A stretch of DNA of 64,000 bases from the human T2T-CHM13v2.0 reference genome, Homo sapiens: NCBI RefSeq assembly GCF_009914755.1, contig NC_060927.1; one strand, written 5' to 3'. The notes beneath the pieces are model-generated. The model did not search any database. It was not told the DNA's origin and saw only the letters and a program-made list of their open reading frames with translations. Both the position numbers and the translations under genes were made by a program. Within the stretch, counting starts at the first letter, position 1. Every line of letters starts with the position of its first letter. Positions 26,831 through 45,334 of this stretch are shown piece by piece.

Positions 26831-26849
26831 AAAAAAACACCAGAGGTGG

Positions 26850-27149
26850 TTTTTGTTGTTGTTGTTTTGAGGCAGGGTCTCACTCTGTTGCCCAGGCTGG
26901 TGTGTAGTGGCATAATTATAGCTCACTGCAGCCTCATACTCCTGGGCTCAAGTGATCCTCCCACCTCAGCCTCCTGAACAGCTGGGACTAGAGGTGTGCA
27001 CCACCACACCTGGCTAACTTTCAAACTTTTTGCAGGGATGGGGTCTCGCTATACTGCCCAGGCTGGTCTTAAACTCCTAGCCTCAAGCAATCCTGTTGTT
27101 TCTGCCTCCCAAAGTGTTGAGATTACACACTGAGCCATTGCATCTGGCT
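26850..27149 (-). mobile_element. AluJ
   Basis: Reverse dimeric Alu with a (TTG)n-type tail. Confidence 0.92.
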
Positions 27150-30045
27150 GGCGTTGTTAAGTAGGAACATTTTGTAAATTACGGAGCAGAGTAATGATTG
27201 AGAGGCTGGTACTGAGTGTGTTGAGAAAGCTAGAGACTGAAACGGACTGCTATTGCCAGGGTGAAGCTGATGCAAACTAGAAGGTGGGAGGCCCTCTTAA
27301 ATCCTTCAATTTTGCCTTCTCCCTCTGGTGCCTCCTAGTGGCAGAACCAAATGTGGCACCAGCTGGTGGGGAGAAATGGCAGCCCCAACCACTGCATCAC
27401 AAAACAGTGGTTCGTGGGCCCTGGGGTGAGGGACAACAGCTTAATAATTGGTACTTGCAATCATGTCTATATCAAAGATGTGTTTTAATAACAATTAGGC
27501 TGGTTCATGGAGGCTCTGGTGGGTTTGGAGTGGCCCACGTTCATGGGACGTTCCAAGCATGGTCCCAATAACCTCCCAAATGATGAGAGGAGCCACCCCC
27601 CAACAGAGAGAGGCTTGGTTTCCAGGTTGGGCTGCCCCAGTTAGACTGAGCTGGATCAAAATTGCAGGGTAGCCCTGGCTGGATCAAAATTGCATTGACG
27701 AGGGGAAGAAAGCAGCATTGAACCCTGCCTGCTTGTATTCACAGTAGCTATTGTCTCACCCACAATGGTGTAATCAGAGTGAACACACTGACCAGTGTTT
27801 GCTTTCCCCCTCCCCAGCCTTCTCCCAACATTTTCTCCCAGCTCGATGAAGAGGTTTGGCATTCAAAGGATGGGGATGGTGTGTAGTACCGCAAGAGTGA
27901 TGGGCAATCCCTGGGGAGTAGAGGAAACAGAATCTTCTCTTCATAGCTCCAAGAGCTTCTACACGATGGATGCCCTGCCGAAGGATGAGTTGCCATGCAG
28001 CTTTGGAAGACAATACTGTCAGAAAGAGGCAGAATCTTGCCCTTTCCCAAAGCAATGCCCATCAAAAATGCCCCATGAATATCTTGGAGCCAAGTGGCAT
28101 TCCTTAAAGACAGCAGCTGCCAAACAGCAGGAAAAAGGTCAAGGTAGAAAGGTGGGATTTGGGGGAAGAAAGCAAAATAGAGCCTCTGCAGTTTTAAAAA
28201 TCAGCTTAATTTTCAATGATATTCACCAGGAAGCTTAATAGACTTAATAGACCCCATAAAGCAGGGCAAAGGGGTTCCATTTATTACACATCATGCTTTC
28301 AATTCAGGACTGTTCTTTCTCAAGAACAGAGACTTGGTGGGGCACCCACACCACTAGAGATTAAAGCCCCAGAGTACAACTGAAGACCAGAGCTGGCAAA
28401 GAAAGGACTGCTCTAAATCAGGACCCAGCAACCATTCTGCCCACAACTTTTCTGAGTTGAACTGGCCTTGCAGAGGAGGGCAGTGAGTTACCAAATAGCA
28501 GCTTGCCAGCCGAACAAGCCCACCTTATCCATTCTGGCCTGGAAAGGGAGAGAAGTTAGAGGTTAGGTCTTTTTGATTTTGGTGGAACACCAATGGCTAT
28601 GTATTGGGCATCCCTAGCTGGCCAGCTGGTAACTGGTTCTTAGATCTGGTTGAGCTCTGCCCTATAAGGTTCGGTACAGATGTGAAAAGGCTGGTTCCTG
28701 GCTTAACATCGGACACAGGTACCCGCAGCCCCTTCAAGGATGATGCAATGGGAACCTGTCATTTTGACTTCTCAACATTCTTTATACCGTCTTCCGGTAA
28801 GAGCACCACAAATTCCTGTGGGGAGCCATCTCTTCTTCACTTTCAGCCCTATAACTAAGTGTGGTGCATTGAAATGGATTTTAGGATTTTTATTGAAACC
28901 GTCAGGAAGAAAAGAAATCTCTTTTGGTGGCAATGGAAATAGTTTATGCATCAGTCAACTATGGCCACAACAATGCTATATAAAGAGCCCTCATATAGCT
29001 CAGCCCCACGTATCAGAAAGTGTTTATTATCATGCTAACAATTTCTCAGATTAGCTGGCATGCCTCTGCTTCCAGCTGCAAGCCTGCATTCAAGTGAAGC
29101 AGCTTCTCTCTAAATGTCTTTTTTTTTTTTAAAGAGGCTACCTGCAGCATATCCTCATGGTAATTCTACAAGCACAAGAGAAAGCATATGGAAACACGCA
29201 GTTCCTCTTAACACCTAGGCTCAGAACTGGCACGCTGTCATTTACAACCACATTTCTTTGGCCAAAATAGAGTACATGGCTACACCCAACATCAGTGAGA
29301 TGGCAAATGCACTCTACTGGTGGAAGAGACTACAAAGTCACTGGCAAAAGGCAGGCATGCAGGATGGGTGAGGAGTTGGGAAAAATCACGCATTCACCCC
29401 CACAGTGTAAGCTGCCTTTGCTGGTGGCCATTTTGCTATGGGATGGGAAAAGTCTCCCTGAATGAAGCCAACAGGAAGGAAAGTAGAGGCAAGAGATGGA
29501 GACTGAGGCTTGATAATATTGTTCAAGTCCTTGAATCCTGCTATGTTCTGACTTTTCAATTAAATAATTAAGTCTGTTTCAACTGGTGTCTGTGATTTGC
29601 TACAAAAAGACACCTCACCCAACTGTATCAGTCAGCAAACAAGGAAGGTCTAGAGTGTCAAGTCTGAGAGCCGTGGCAGGATTTGAAGGGAAGGCAAGAT
29701 AGAGCAGCGCGTCCTGCAGGAAGAGCCTAGAAAGGTGGCCAGAGGCAACTGTACGTGGGTTATGGAATGTGGCTGTGCAGGGTGCCCTTGGAAAGCCAGC
29801 TGACATGAAGGAAATATGGAAAAGACACTGCATCATTTGAATATTCCGGATCAAAGGAATATAGGGGATCTTGTTTCTCCAGCATCTAATAGATACAAAC
29901 AACACCAGTGTAGTCCACACTGACATGGCCCATATTGCATAACCCCAAAGTCAGAGCAAAAGTTCTGGAAAAGTGTCAAAGGACTTCTAGGAACATAAGT
30001 ACTAGAATAAGTCCTTGATCTTGGGATTATTAAAAAAAGAACCAG

Positions 30046-30650
<605 letters not shown>

Positions 30651-31710
30651 GGAACCAAAGATTTCAGGGGAGCCGAGGAGACTTTTGGCTTAAGAGGAAG
30701 AATCTCTAGGACTCAAACATTTGAGGAGGCTTAGCAGCAACATTCACTACAGCCATTACCACGTATTAAGAACAAGCCATGTGCCAAGCACCAGCCTAAA
30801 GATTTGTCATATATTAAAGCATCCAATCCTGCCAATAAACCATAGAAGTAGGTATTTTATGTCCATTTTACAAATGAGAAAAATGAAGTCCGGGAGGTTT
30901 CAGACATCTAAGGGCCCTGAGCTGAACCTCTGTCCCGCCCCAAAGCTCTTGCAGTTAACACCAGGCTAGGAGCCTCCCTAATGGATGATTCTTTGTTCTG
31001 TCTGACCCTAGAGCTTGGCAGGGACCTTTTAATTAGTACTTCCTTCCTTTGCCCTTTTAATAGCCTTCCGTTCTTTGAAATTTGGGCCCAGCATCAGACT
31101 GGAGAGAAAAATATCCTCTCTGTCAAAAACTTTTCTACAGTCTCATTGTAGAGAGCAGTTGTGGCTTCCCCTGCCTGGCACCCAGTCTCCCTTTTTCTGG
31201 TAAGAGCAGCCAAGTTTCCTTTGAAAAATCACTTCCCCCAACCTTCAGTCTAGGTGACGGATGTGGGGCTGACCCTGCAGAGCTGATTCTATACCCCTGC
31301 TTCTCACCCCAGGGGTAGGCATCTGGGCCATAGTTGCTGATTAGTGCAGTCCATGACCTCAGACAGGCACAGTGTGGTGGGGTGGGGCTGTGTGTCCTCA
31401 GGGGCTCACCTTATTTCTGTGCCTCAGTCTCTTCACACGGGCATGTGGCGTGCCAGTCCAATGGGAATCTTTGCTAGGATTTTGTTGGGACTACTGAGAA
31501 AGTGGTTCTCTCTTTTCCTCTCTCTGGTGGGGGTGGTGTGCTATGGGATATGGGGTTGGACCTCTTAGTAGAAGGAAGATCTGATGAGTCCAGAGACAGA
31601 TTTTTCTCAGCATTGTGTGAAGGCCTGGGCCTGGCTGTGGCTGTGGTCACCACTCCCCTGGGCTTTCCAGTAGCATGCACCAGTCATTCCCTTTTGTGGG
31701 AAGATCAGGG

Positions 31711-32014
31711 TTTTGTTTTTGTTTTTGTTTTTGAGACGGAGTCTCGCACTGTCGGCTGGGCTGGAGTGCAGTGGCGTGAACTCGGCTCACTGCAACCTCT
31801 GCCTCCCAGGAAGCAATTCTCCTTGCCTCAGCCTCCCAGTAGCTGGGATTGCAGGTGCCTGCCACCACTACTGGCTATTTTTTTTTTTTTTTTTTTAGTA
31901 GAGATGGGATTTCACTATGCTGGCCAGGCGGGTCTCCAATTCCTAACCTCGTGATCTGCCTGCCTTGGCCTCCCAAAGTGCAGGGATTATAGGCGTGAGC
32001 CACCGTGCTCGGTC
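31711..32014 (-). mobile_element. AluS (Sc/Sg-like)
   Basis: Reverse Alu; TSD gaagatcag (31701-31709, 32015-32023). Confidence 0.93.
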
Positions 32015-32897
32015 GAAGATCAGTTTTAAATGGGGTCAGGACAGGGGTGGGGCAGCAGAGTAAAACGAGTGAGAATTGTTTGAATATCTTCAGACTTTAG
32101 CATCTTCTGGCTTTTCTCTCCTCTTTTAACTCATGAGACACATAATTAGTAAACTAGGACATGGGAAGAGAAAAGGACAAACCTTTATGGTGTAATTTTC
32201 TTCCTCTTTCTCTTCCTTTCATGCATCATGCAAAAGAACACAGCCACTGTGGTACTATACACACCTGGGCATTAAGCTCAGCTCAGCCACTCCCCAATTA
32301 TAAAAACATGGACAGATGGACAATTTTTGTAAACCCCTGGGTCCCTGGGAAATAATAATATTAGCTTCAGTCTTATAAAATGGACATTTTTATAGATCAA
32401 AAAAGTTGTTGAATACTGACAATTTCACATCATCCTAACAGGGCCCACCGTATATAATTTTGTCAGCATTAAATGAGATGGTACACAGGCAGTTCTGATC
32501 ATAATGCCTGGCCACAAGGTAATGACCAGTAAATATTAATTGCTAGTGCTACTACTAGGATGACAACAACCATGACTGCTAAGAAGTCAAAGCACAAACC
32601 AAAGGGAACAGAAAGAGCAGCCAGAGGCTTTCAGTGGTGGATTTTGGACTTGATTGCCAAATCTGCTTGTTTCCCCTCAAATCTTGCCCTTCAGGTTTTT
32701 TTTGTTGTTATTGTCTCCCCCAAGACGGGAAGCCAAAAGTTCATAAAGGTAAAACAGGAAACTCCACACCTCAGTGGCTCTATTATTTCTCCTACAAAGA
32801 TGCTCTGGGATCCCCGGGTTGTCTAGAGTTCTGATGACTGGGAAAGAGGAAGATGGCAGGGAAGGAAGAAGGGATGATATTAGAATTGCCACGCATA

Positions 32898-33183
32898 GCT
32901 GGGCGCAGTGGCTCATGCCTGTAATCCCAGCACTTTGGGAGGCCGAGGTCGGCGGATCATGAGGTCAATAGATCGAGACCATCTGGCCAACATGGTGAAA
33001 CTCCGTCTTTACTAAAAATACAAAAATTAGCTGGGCGTGATGGCGCATGCCTGTAGTCCCAGCTACTTGGGAGGCTGAGGCAGGAGAATCCCTTGAACCT
33101 GGGAGTGAGCCGAGATCACGCCACTGCACTCCAGCCTGGCAATAGAGTGAGACTCCATCTCAAAAAAAAAAAAAAAAAAAAAA
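32898..33183 (+). mobile_element. AluSc-like with a short right-arm deletion
   Basis: Alu with a long A tail; TSD gccacgcat/gccatgcat; CCTGGGAG joins directly to TGAGCCGAG. Confidence 0.93.
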
Positions 33184-36100
33184 GCCATGCATATTTTTAA
33201 ACATCTTGATGTCAATAAAACAGTTTCCAAATCAGGGACAACTGGGGCACTTGTTTTGATCATGGGTTTCTCACCCACCAGCCAGGTATTTTGGTTAAAA
33301 CAGAAGAGCATGTATTTTCTGAAAGGCAGCAATTAGATGAGTAGTTTATTCTCCTCATTTCCCAAAGCTTCAAGGTGTTATTCCTGAGTTATTCTAGCTA
33401 TTCCTCTCTGCTTGGGGCCTTTGGAAATGTTCTTCCCTGAACCCAAACATTCTCCCCTCTTTTCTTCACCTGGTTCACCCCTGCAGAGGGCTGAGCTCCA
33501 ATATGACTTTATGATAACTTTTCAGACACTCCACATCCATCAACCCTTCTGTTACGTGCACTTATATCACTTGGCAATTTTTCTTCACAGCATGTATCAC
33601 ATTTGCAGTCTTATTGTTCTGTGTGAACTGTTTGTGGAACATCCATTGTCCCCCACTGGACTCCAAGCTCCAGGATGGCAGGTACTGACTGGATCTACTT
33701 TATTTTCCACTGTCCCCAGGACATAGCCTGATGAATACCATATGGTTAATACTCAAAAAATATATTATATATGTGAATCCATCATTCAGTCATTCATAAT
33801 AATTAAGTGAAAGCATTCATCAGTGATAGAAGCTTGTACCAAATCTTCCCCACTGGGGATGAGTATTTGAATTGGGGTATAGAAGGGATGGCATCAAGGA
33901 TGTCACCTGGTTCACCCTATAAGGGGGAACAAAAGGAAGGAAAAATCTTTTGACTCTGAACGTAGTCCAACTCATTGTGAAGTCTGGAAAAGGTGACTGA
34001 AAGATATACCAGCATTTTATTAAAAATCCTGCACATGCAAATATCGACTACCGAACTTCAGACACGACCAACAGCCCAGAATTAATGAGACACGTTGGTG
34101 ATTAGTTTGAAGTGAACAACAGTAATACAGAATGGAAGGAATTCCAGTTAGAATTAAATGGGGGAAGGGACACTTACCCTGTTACCGTGAGATGGCACTC
34201 CTGATCACAGATCCTTAGCTGGTGGCAGTGCTGGTGTTTACAGCCAGGTTTTCCAGAGTCATTGTGGTTTGTGAAAAGGAATAATCACAGCAGATCTAGG
34301 GAGAGAACACTTTGTTTGGGTTACACTTGTCAATCAAGTGGTAATTTATCTGTTGTACATTACTATCTCCCCTGCTAGACAGGGAACTTAACGTAAGAAA
34401 CTGGGCCTTATTTTATCTCTCAATTTTATCCAGAATAAATGCCTTTGCATAAACAAATGAATGATTATTATTATTGGTATATAGCCTCTGTCACAAAAAC
34501 AAACTATAATCAAAATTCCCAGATCAAGATAATTCTCACTCCATAAAATATGCATTAACAAGAAATATTTATTGAATACCTACAATGTACCAGGCAGTAT
34601 ATTACACATCGAGGGGCACACAGGGACTATGTCCTCAAAGAGTTTAATTGCTTGGTTAGGAAGTATCTAGTGAAAGTCCCTCTGGATCCATGCAACAGAA
34701 ACTCACTCAATTTAACTCAAGTAAGGAAAACAAACAAAGAAAAAGGATGTGGAATCCAAGAAATAGAAAACATAGGCACTAGAACTAGAAAACCAAAGTA
34801 GAGGCCACTTCACTGGCTCACTCAGGCTTGTCTGTCCACTTTCTTACCTTGCACTTGACCCAAGATGGCGGCCAGTCCTAATACTACACCATGATCTCAA
34901 AGATCAAGTGCTCACCATAACTGATTTACCATGGCTGGGGAAGTTATAGGGGTGGATATCATGTGATTTGCTGCCTACTTACCTGGGCTAAATGCAGGTT
35001 GCCGCTAGAAGACATGGCAAATGATGGCTGGCATTGCAAATACAGGCAAAAAACATACACATACATGAAAAAATAGCAGAGGAAGAGGCAAACTGCAGAG
35101 GGCATAGAAGTCCCTGGAAAGGAAGAAATAATGATAGGTTTGGTGAGTAAGAAAGATGGCAAAAGAAAATACAATGGGGTGAAGGAGTTGGTTCCAAATT
35201 CCAAAATTCAATAATAAGGAAGAGTTTGAAACCTTCTCTCACATGAGTCCTGGCTGTCATTGTTCTAATTACTAGAATGTCCCAGATGGTTTTGTTAGCA
35301 AACCAAAATCCCTCAACTGCTTGAAGGTGATATTTCAGAAAGGTCTTTTAAAATTATCTCAATAGTACCATTGACTCCCATGACCTGTGACTCTGGACAA
35401 GAAATGTCTTGCCTTCTGTGATATTTGCACATTTATTGCTAAAAGCTACTGGGAGTCTCTAGCCTGCTTCTCCCCATTCTACTCTGAATATTTCCTCTTG
35501 TTTGTTGTAAAATACAACTAAACATGTGGCAGTATAGGGTGGAATCGAGAGTGCAAGCTGCAGAGTCAAGAAGCCTGTAGAGTTTGACCTTTGAGTTGTC
35601 ACTTCCTGCTTAGAGACGTTGGCCGTGTTTCCTATCCTCTCTGAGCCTCAGTTTTCTCATGTGAGGATAATAAGAGTGCCAACCTCAAATAGTGCTCTGT
35701 GAGGATAAAGTGGAAAATGTATGGAAAGCACGCAGTATAATCCTTTGCAGAATAAGAACAGTGAACGTTAGCAGTCAGCTTTTGCTACTAAGAAATCTGA
35801 AGCAGAAAGTCACTAAATAGCTGAGATAGATTTACAAAGGAGAATGTGGCTAGGAAAGACTGGCTAGGAGGAGTGGAATGGGGTAAGGAGAAAGGACGCA
35901 CATGGAAAATAATGTTTCATTACAATCTGAAGGTGACGATAGAGCAGAGTCTGACCTCCTTCTCCTGTTGCTGCTTATTTAAATAGAGAGGACCCAGGCC
36001 TGCTACGTTTGCAAATGCTCCATTTCCCCTCTGGAACCCATTTTTTGATGTGTTAAATAGATACTCTCTAAGATCTTTCCAGCACACAAATTCTATGAAT

Positions 36101-37656
36101 ATGGTTTAGAGGGATTTTCCCCTAATTTTCTCCTAATGACCAACAAATTATAAAATAGAAATGAAAATAAAGTATCCCCAACCACATATTAAGTTATTAT
36201 CAATTATTTATCATACAAAGACAATGGGCTTAAGTCAACTCCCTACTCCCAAGGGAAGAATGAGATGCAATCAACCATTGGGTTTTGCAGTTTGGTCTTT
36301 GGTGTTCTTCAAGATCAGGGGTCCAGGAAAAACTACCATGGACTGTAAGAAACCAAGGGAAAAAGTGCGCACACAGTAATGCTACTCACTTGCTATGTGG
36401 ACATGTATATAGATTTAGGAAAATGCAAAATAAAAGTTCTATAAAGATACACCCCAAACTTGTAACCTTCAGTAAAGAAGATCATGATTAGAAATAGTGG
36501 TCCAAGGGCACTTTAGCTTCATCTGTGATACATTAAGTTTTAAAAAAGAGAATGTATTTATCTCTTGCTTAGGTAATTAAAATTTAATTGTTAAATGGAG
36601 AACCTTGTTTAGGGAATGGTTGCCCAGGGAACTGCAAGAAAAAGAAGCTTAGCTGGTTGATTTCCCTGAGGACAGGTCAGTGTTCTGACCCCCGCTATGT
36701 TGTCCCAGAACTTAAGAGGTGAGTTTTCCAACTTAATTATTAATTGAACTGAGAAAAGTGACTTTCTGGAGACTGAGGGCTAATTTTGACGTTGATGTCA
36801 ACATGTAGAAGCCTTTTTATAAAAAAAAGCATCTGGTTGTGTTTTCCTAACTATTGTTAAAGCAAAATTAGGTGGGAAGACAAATGTGTATAAATTGCTA
36901 TTTTGGGGGACTCTTGAGAAAATAAAAATATGAAATAAACGGAGCATCAAGAAAATTAGTTCAGCTGTGGATGTAACTGCATCCTTAACTCTTTCTCTGT
37001 GAGTTGCACACACAAACACACACACACACACACACACCTCCTTCCTAATCCCTTTCCTACAATTCTCAGGAGTTTAGAAGTGAAAAATCAAATAATCAAC
37101 ACTTTTTTGAATGATTAATGGAACAGACATGTAATGGAGAATTTATAGGCACAGATCTTCCTAAATCTTCAAGCTAACCTTTGGTCTCAACTACTTCCTC
37201 TATAATCTTGATCAACTCCACTGTAAAACCACAAATACTTCCATAGTCTCCACATGCAAAGCATTCTGTACTTTTCTTTCCCCTGTTAGAACTGGTGTCA
37301 AATTCTCCCTCCTGCTATGCCCATCACCTCCATAAGAAAAAAATTCCTCTTCGTGCTTTTCTCTATGGCATTCTGAATATCTAGTACTTCGTAGGAGATA
37401 CTAAAAATAATAAGACAATTTAAAGCTCCTTTTCTTTTTCTTTACCAGTAACTGTGGGGGTCGGGGGAAGCAAACTAAAGTATAAGAATTAGGTTAAGAA
37501 TTTGCTCTCTGATTGTACTGGGCCCATGGAAATTAAGGATGCCTTTAAAATCCAGGGTTCAAAAGGTCAATTCAGGACCATGAGAAGTATTGCAGGAAGA
37601 AGCCATCCACCAGCTACAGGCACAAGAAAGAGAATCTTTGGAAATTTGGATTATGA

Positions 37657-38160
<504 letters not shown>

Positions 38161-40430
38161 TAACTCAAGCAGACTAATGCTAGTGCTCTCATTCATCACT
38201 ACCCAGCAAGAAGGGAGGTAGGGAGGGAAGGAGGGAAGAAGAAAAAGAGAGAAGGAAAGAAAAAGAACAGATGGATGTTTGGTTCAAAGAGAGTGAAATT
38301 GAGAAATTCAGTTTTAAGAACAGCAAATACCTTGAATCCAAGTGATGTCTGGAAGGGGAGGTAAATCTTAGTCATGAGGTTCACAGAGCAACCAGGAATA
38401 GAAATACAGCAAAACCAGAATGCATCCATATGCCAAAGGAAAGTATGTCAATCAGGGACCCAATAGAAACAGCTGTCACACTTGAGTTAGGAGAAATGGA
38501 GGAAGATTTATTTAGAAAGGGGACATTTAGAGAGGTGCATGTGCAGGAGAACATGAAGGCAAGCGAAGTAACCTTGCAAGGGCTCACCATCTTCAGGTCT
38601 AAGGGACGAGGGAAGGAAGCTGTTAGCAGAACCTTAGGGAGTTGTGGAGCTTGAGAGGAACAGAGACCTTAGTCTGGGGACACACAGGCTGGCTGAGACC
38701 TTGGAAGGAAGGGCACCCATCTTTTCTTCTCCCTCCTTGCAATCTCCTGCGGGGGTTCTGCATTAGCTGAACCCAGCTAAGTGCCAAAGAGCAAGGGTTC
38801 CCTAGACTAGATGGTCAGCCACTAGGGGCAGAGGAGGGGATCTGGAGGGGAATCCCAATATACCCAGCACAGAAGAGGAGGGCAGAGCTGGTACCTGGAG
38901 ACAGGTGTGAAGTGGATTGAGTAGAAAAAGTCTGAAGGAGGGGAAGGAGAGAGCTGAGGTTGCACTTTGTCTCTGATATTAACAAGTGATAATGTAATGT
39001 GAAAACACATTCAGCCACTGGGTGGGAAGTGCTGTTTTAATAGTGGGTTAGCTATCACTTGGGTGAAGATTCTTTGAGTCGTGCAGATGTTCACCTAGTT
39101 GATACCATGTAACACACTGCCTTATGGGAGTGTATTAATAGTTACCTGGGTTGCTAATACTGGAAAATGACTATTTGGGAAAAGGATGCCCAACTATTTG
39201 GGGAGCTGGGAGGATATACAGAGGTGAGAGGAGTGATGGATAAGGTGTCAGACCCAGTGGTCCCTTTACTCTTCACTCAAAGGCAGAATCATGGAGGGAG
39301 CCTCTTTATTCATATCTGGACCCTATACCCAAGGGCCCTTGATGTCAGAGTTGGGAAGGAGCTATGTTAAGAAACAAAGAGCTGGGGGAAAAGCCAAGAT
39401 GGCCGAATAGGAACAGCTCCGGTCTACAGCTCCCAGCGTGAGCAACGCAGAAGATGGGTGATTTCTGCATCTCCATCTGAGGTACCAGGTTCATCTCACT
39501 GGGGAGTGCCAGACAGTAGGTGCAGGACAGTGGGTGCAGCGCACCGTGTGCAAGCCGAAGCAGGGTGAGGCATCGCCTCACCTGGGAAGCACATGGGGTC
39601 AGGGAATTCCCTATCCTAGTCGAAGAAAGTGGTGACAGACGGCACATGGAAAATCGGGTCACTCCCACCATAATATTGCGCTTTTCCAACGGGCTTAAAA
39701 AATGACACACCAGGAGATTATATCCCTTACATGGCTCGGAGGGTCCTACGCCCACGGAGTCTCACTCATTGCTAGCACAGCAGTCCGAGATCAAACTGCA
39801 AGGTGGCAGTGAGGCTGGGGGAGGGGCACCCGCCATTGCCGAGTTAGTTGTTTGATTAGGTAAACAAAGCAAGCTGGAAGCTCGAACTGGGTGGAGCCCA
39901 CCACAGCTCAAGGAGGCCTGCCTGCCTCTGTAGGCTCCACCTCTGGGGGCAGGGCACAGACAAACAAAAAGACAGCAGTAACCTCTGCAGACTTAAATAT
40001 CCCTCTCTGACAGCTTTGAAGAGAGTAGTGGTTCTCCCAGCACGCAGCTTGAGATCTGAGAACGGGCAGACTGCCTCCTCAAGTGGGTCCCTGACCCCTG
40101 AGTAGCCTAACTGGGAGGCACCCCCCAGTAGGGGCGGACTGACACCTCACACGGCCGGGTACTCCTCTGAGACAAAACTTCCAGAGGAACAATCAGGCAG
40201 CAGCGTCTGCCTGATCCGCTGATCATCACCAATATCCGCTGTTCTGCAGCCACCACTGCTGATACCCAGGCAAACAGGGTCTGGAGTGGACTTCTAGCAA
40301 ACTCCAACAGACCTGCAGCTGACGGTCCTGTCTGTTAGAAGGAAAACTAACAAACAGAAAGGACATCCACACCAAAAACCCATCTGTACATCACCATCAT
40401 CAAAGACCAAAGGTAGATAAAACCACAAAG

Positions 40431-41446
40431 ATGGGAAAAAAACAGAGCAGAAAAACTGGAAACTCTAAAAATCAGAGCACCTCTCCTCCTCCAAAGGAAC
40501 ACAGCTCCTCACCAACAATGGAACAAAGCTGGACGGAGAATGACTTTGACAAGTTGAGAGAAGAAGGCTTCAGACGATCAAACTACTCCGAACTACAGGA
40601 GGAAATTCGAACCAATGGCAAAGAAGTTAAAAGCTTTGAAAAAAAATTAGATGAATGGATAACTAGAATAACCAATGCAGAGAAGTCCTTAAGGACCTGA
40701 TGGAACTGAAAACCAAGGCATGAGAGCTACGTGATGAATGCAGAAGCCTCAGTAGCCGATGCGATCAACTGAAAGAAAGGGTATCAGTGATGGAAGACAA
40801 AATGAATGAAATGAAGCGAGACGAGAAGTTTAGAGAAAAAAGAATAAAAAGAAATGAACAAAGCCTCCAAGAAATATGGGACCATGTGAAAAGACCAAAT
40901 CTATGTCTGATTGGTGTACCTGAAAGTGATGGGGAGAATGGAACCAAGTTGGAAAACACTCTGCAGGATATTATCCAGGAGAACTTCCCCAATCTAGCAA
41001 GGCAGGCCAACATTCAAATTCAGGAAATACAGAGAACGCCACAAAGATACTCCTCGAGAAGAGCAACTCCAAGACACACAATTGTCAGATTGACCAAAGT
41101 TGAAATGAAGGAAAAAATGTTAAGGGCAGCCAGAGAGAAAGGTCGGGTTACCCACAAAGGTTAGCCCATCAGACTAACAGCTGATCTCTTGGCAGGAACT
41201 CTACAAGCCAGAAGAAAGTGGGGACCAATATTCAACATTCTTAAAGAACAGAATTTTCAACCCAGAATTTCATATCCAGCCAAACTAAGCTTCATAAGTG
41301 AAAGAGAAATAAAATACTTTACAGACAAGCAAATGCTGAGAGATTTTGTCACCACCAGGCCTGCCCTAAAAGAGCTCCTGAAGGAAGCACTAAACATGGA
41401 AAGGAACAACTGGTACCAGCCACTGCAAAAACACGCCAAATTGTAA
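40431..41446 (+). pseudogene. L1 ORF1p, disrupted
   Basis: MGKKQSRKTGNSK...QPLQKHAKL is split into three ORF pieces by a frameshift and stops. Confidence 0.95.
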
Positions 41447-41509
41447 AGACCATCAAAGCTAGGAAGAAACTGCATCAACTAACAAGCAAAATAACCAGCT
41501 AACATCATA

Positions 41510-45334
<3,825 letters not shown>

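Noticed and set aside
39345-39836. L1 ORF0 (antisense; track ORF 39345..39755)
   Set aside because: The true ATG at 39836 gives MAGAPPPASLPPCSLISDCCASNE then TGA after 24 codons. The track ORF is the downstream remainder starting at a GTG.
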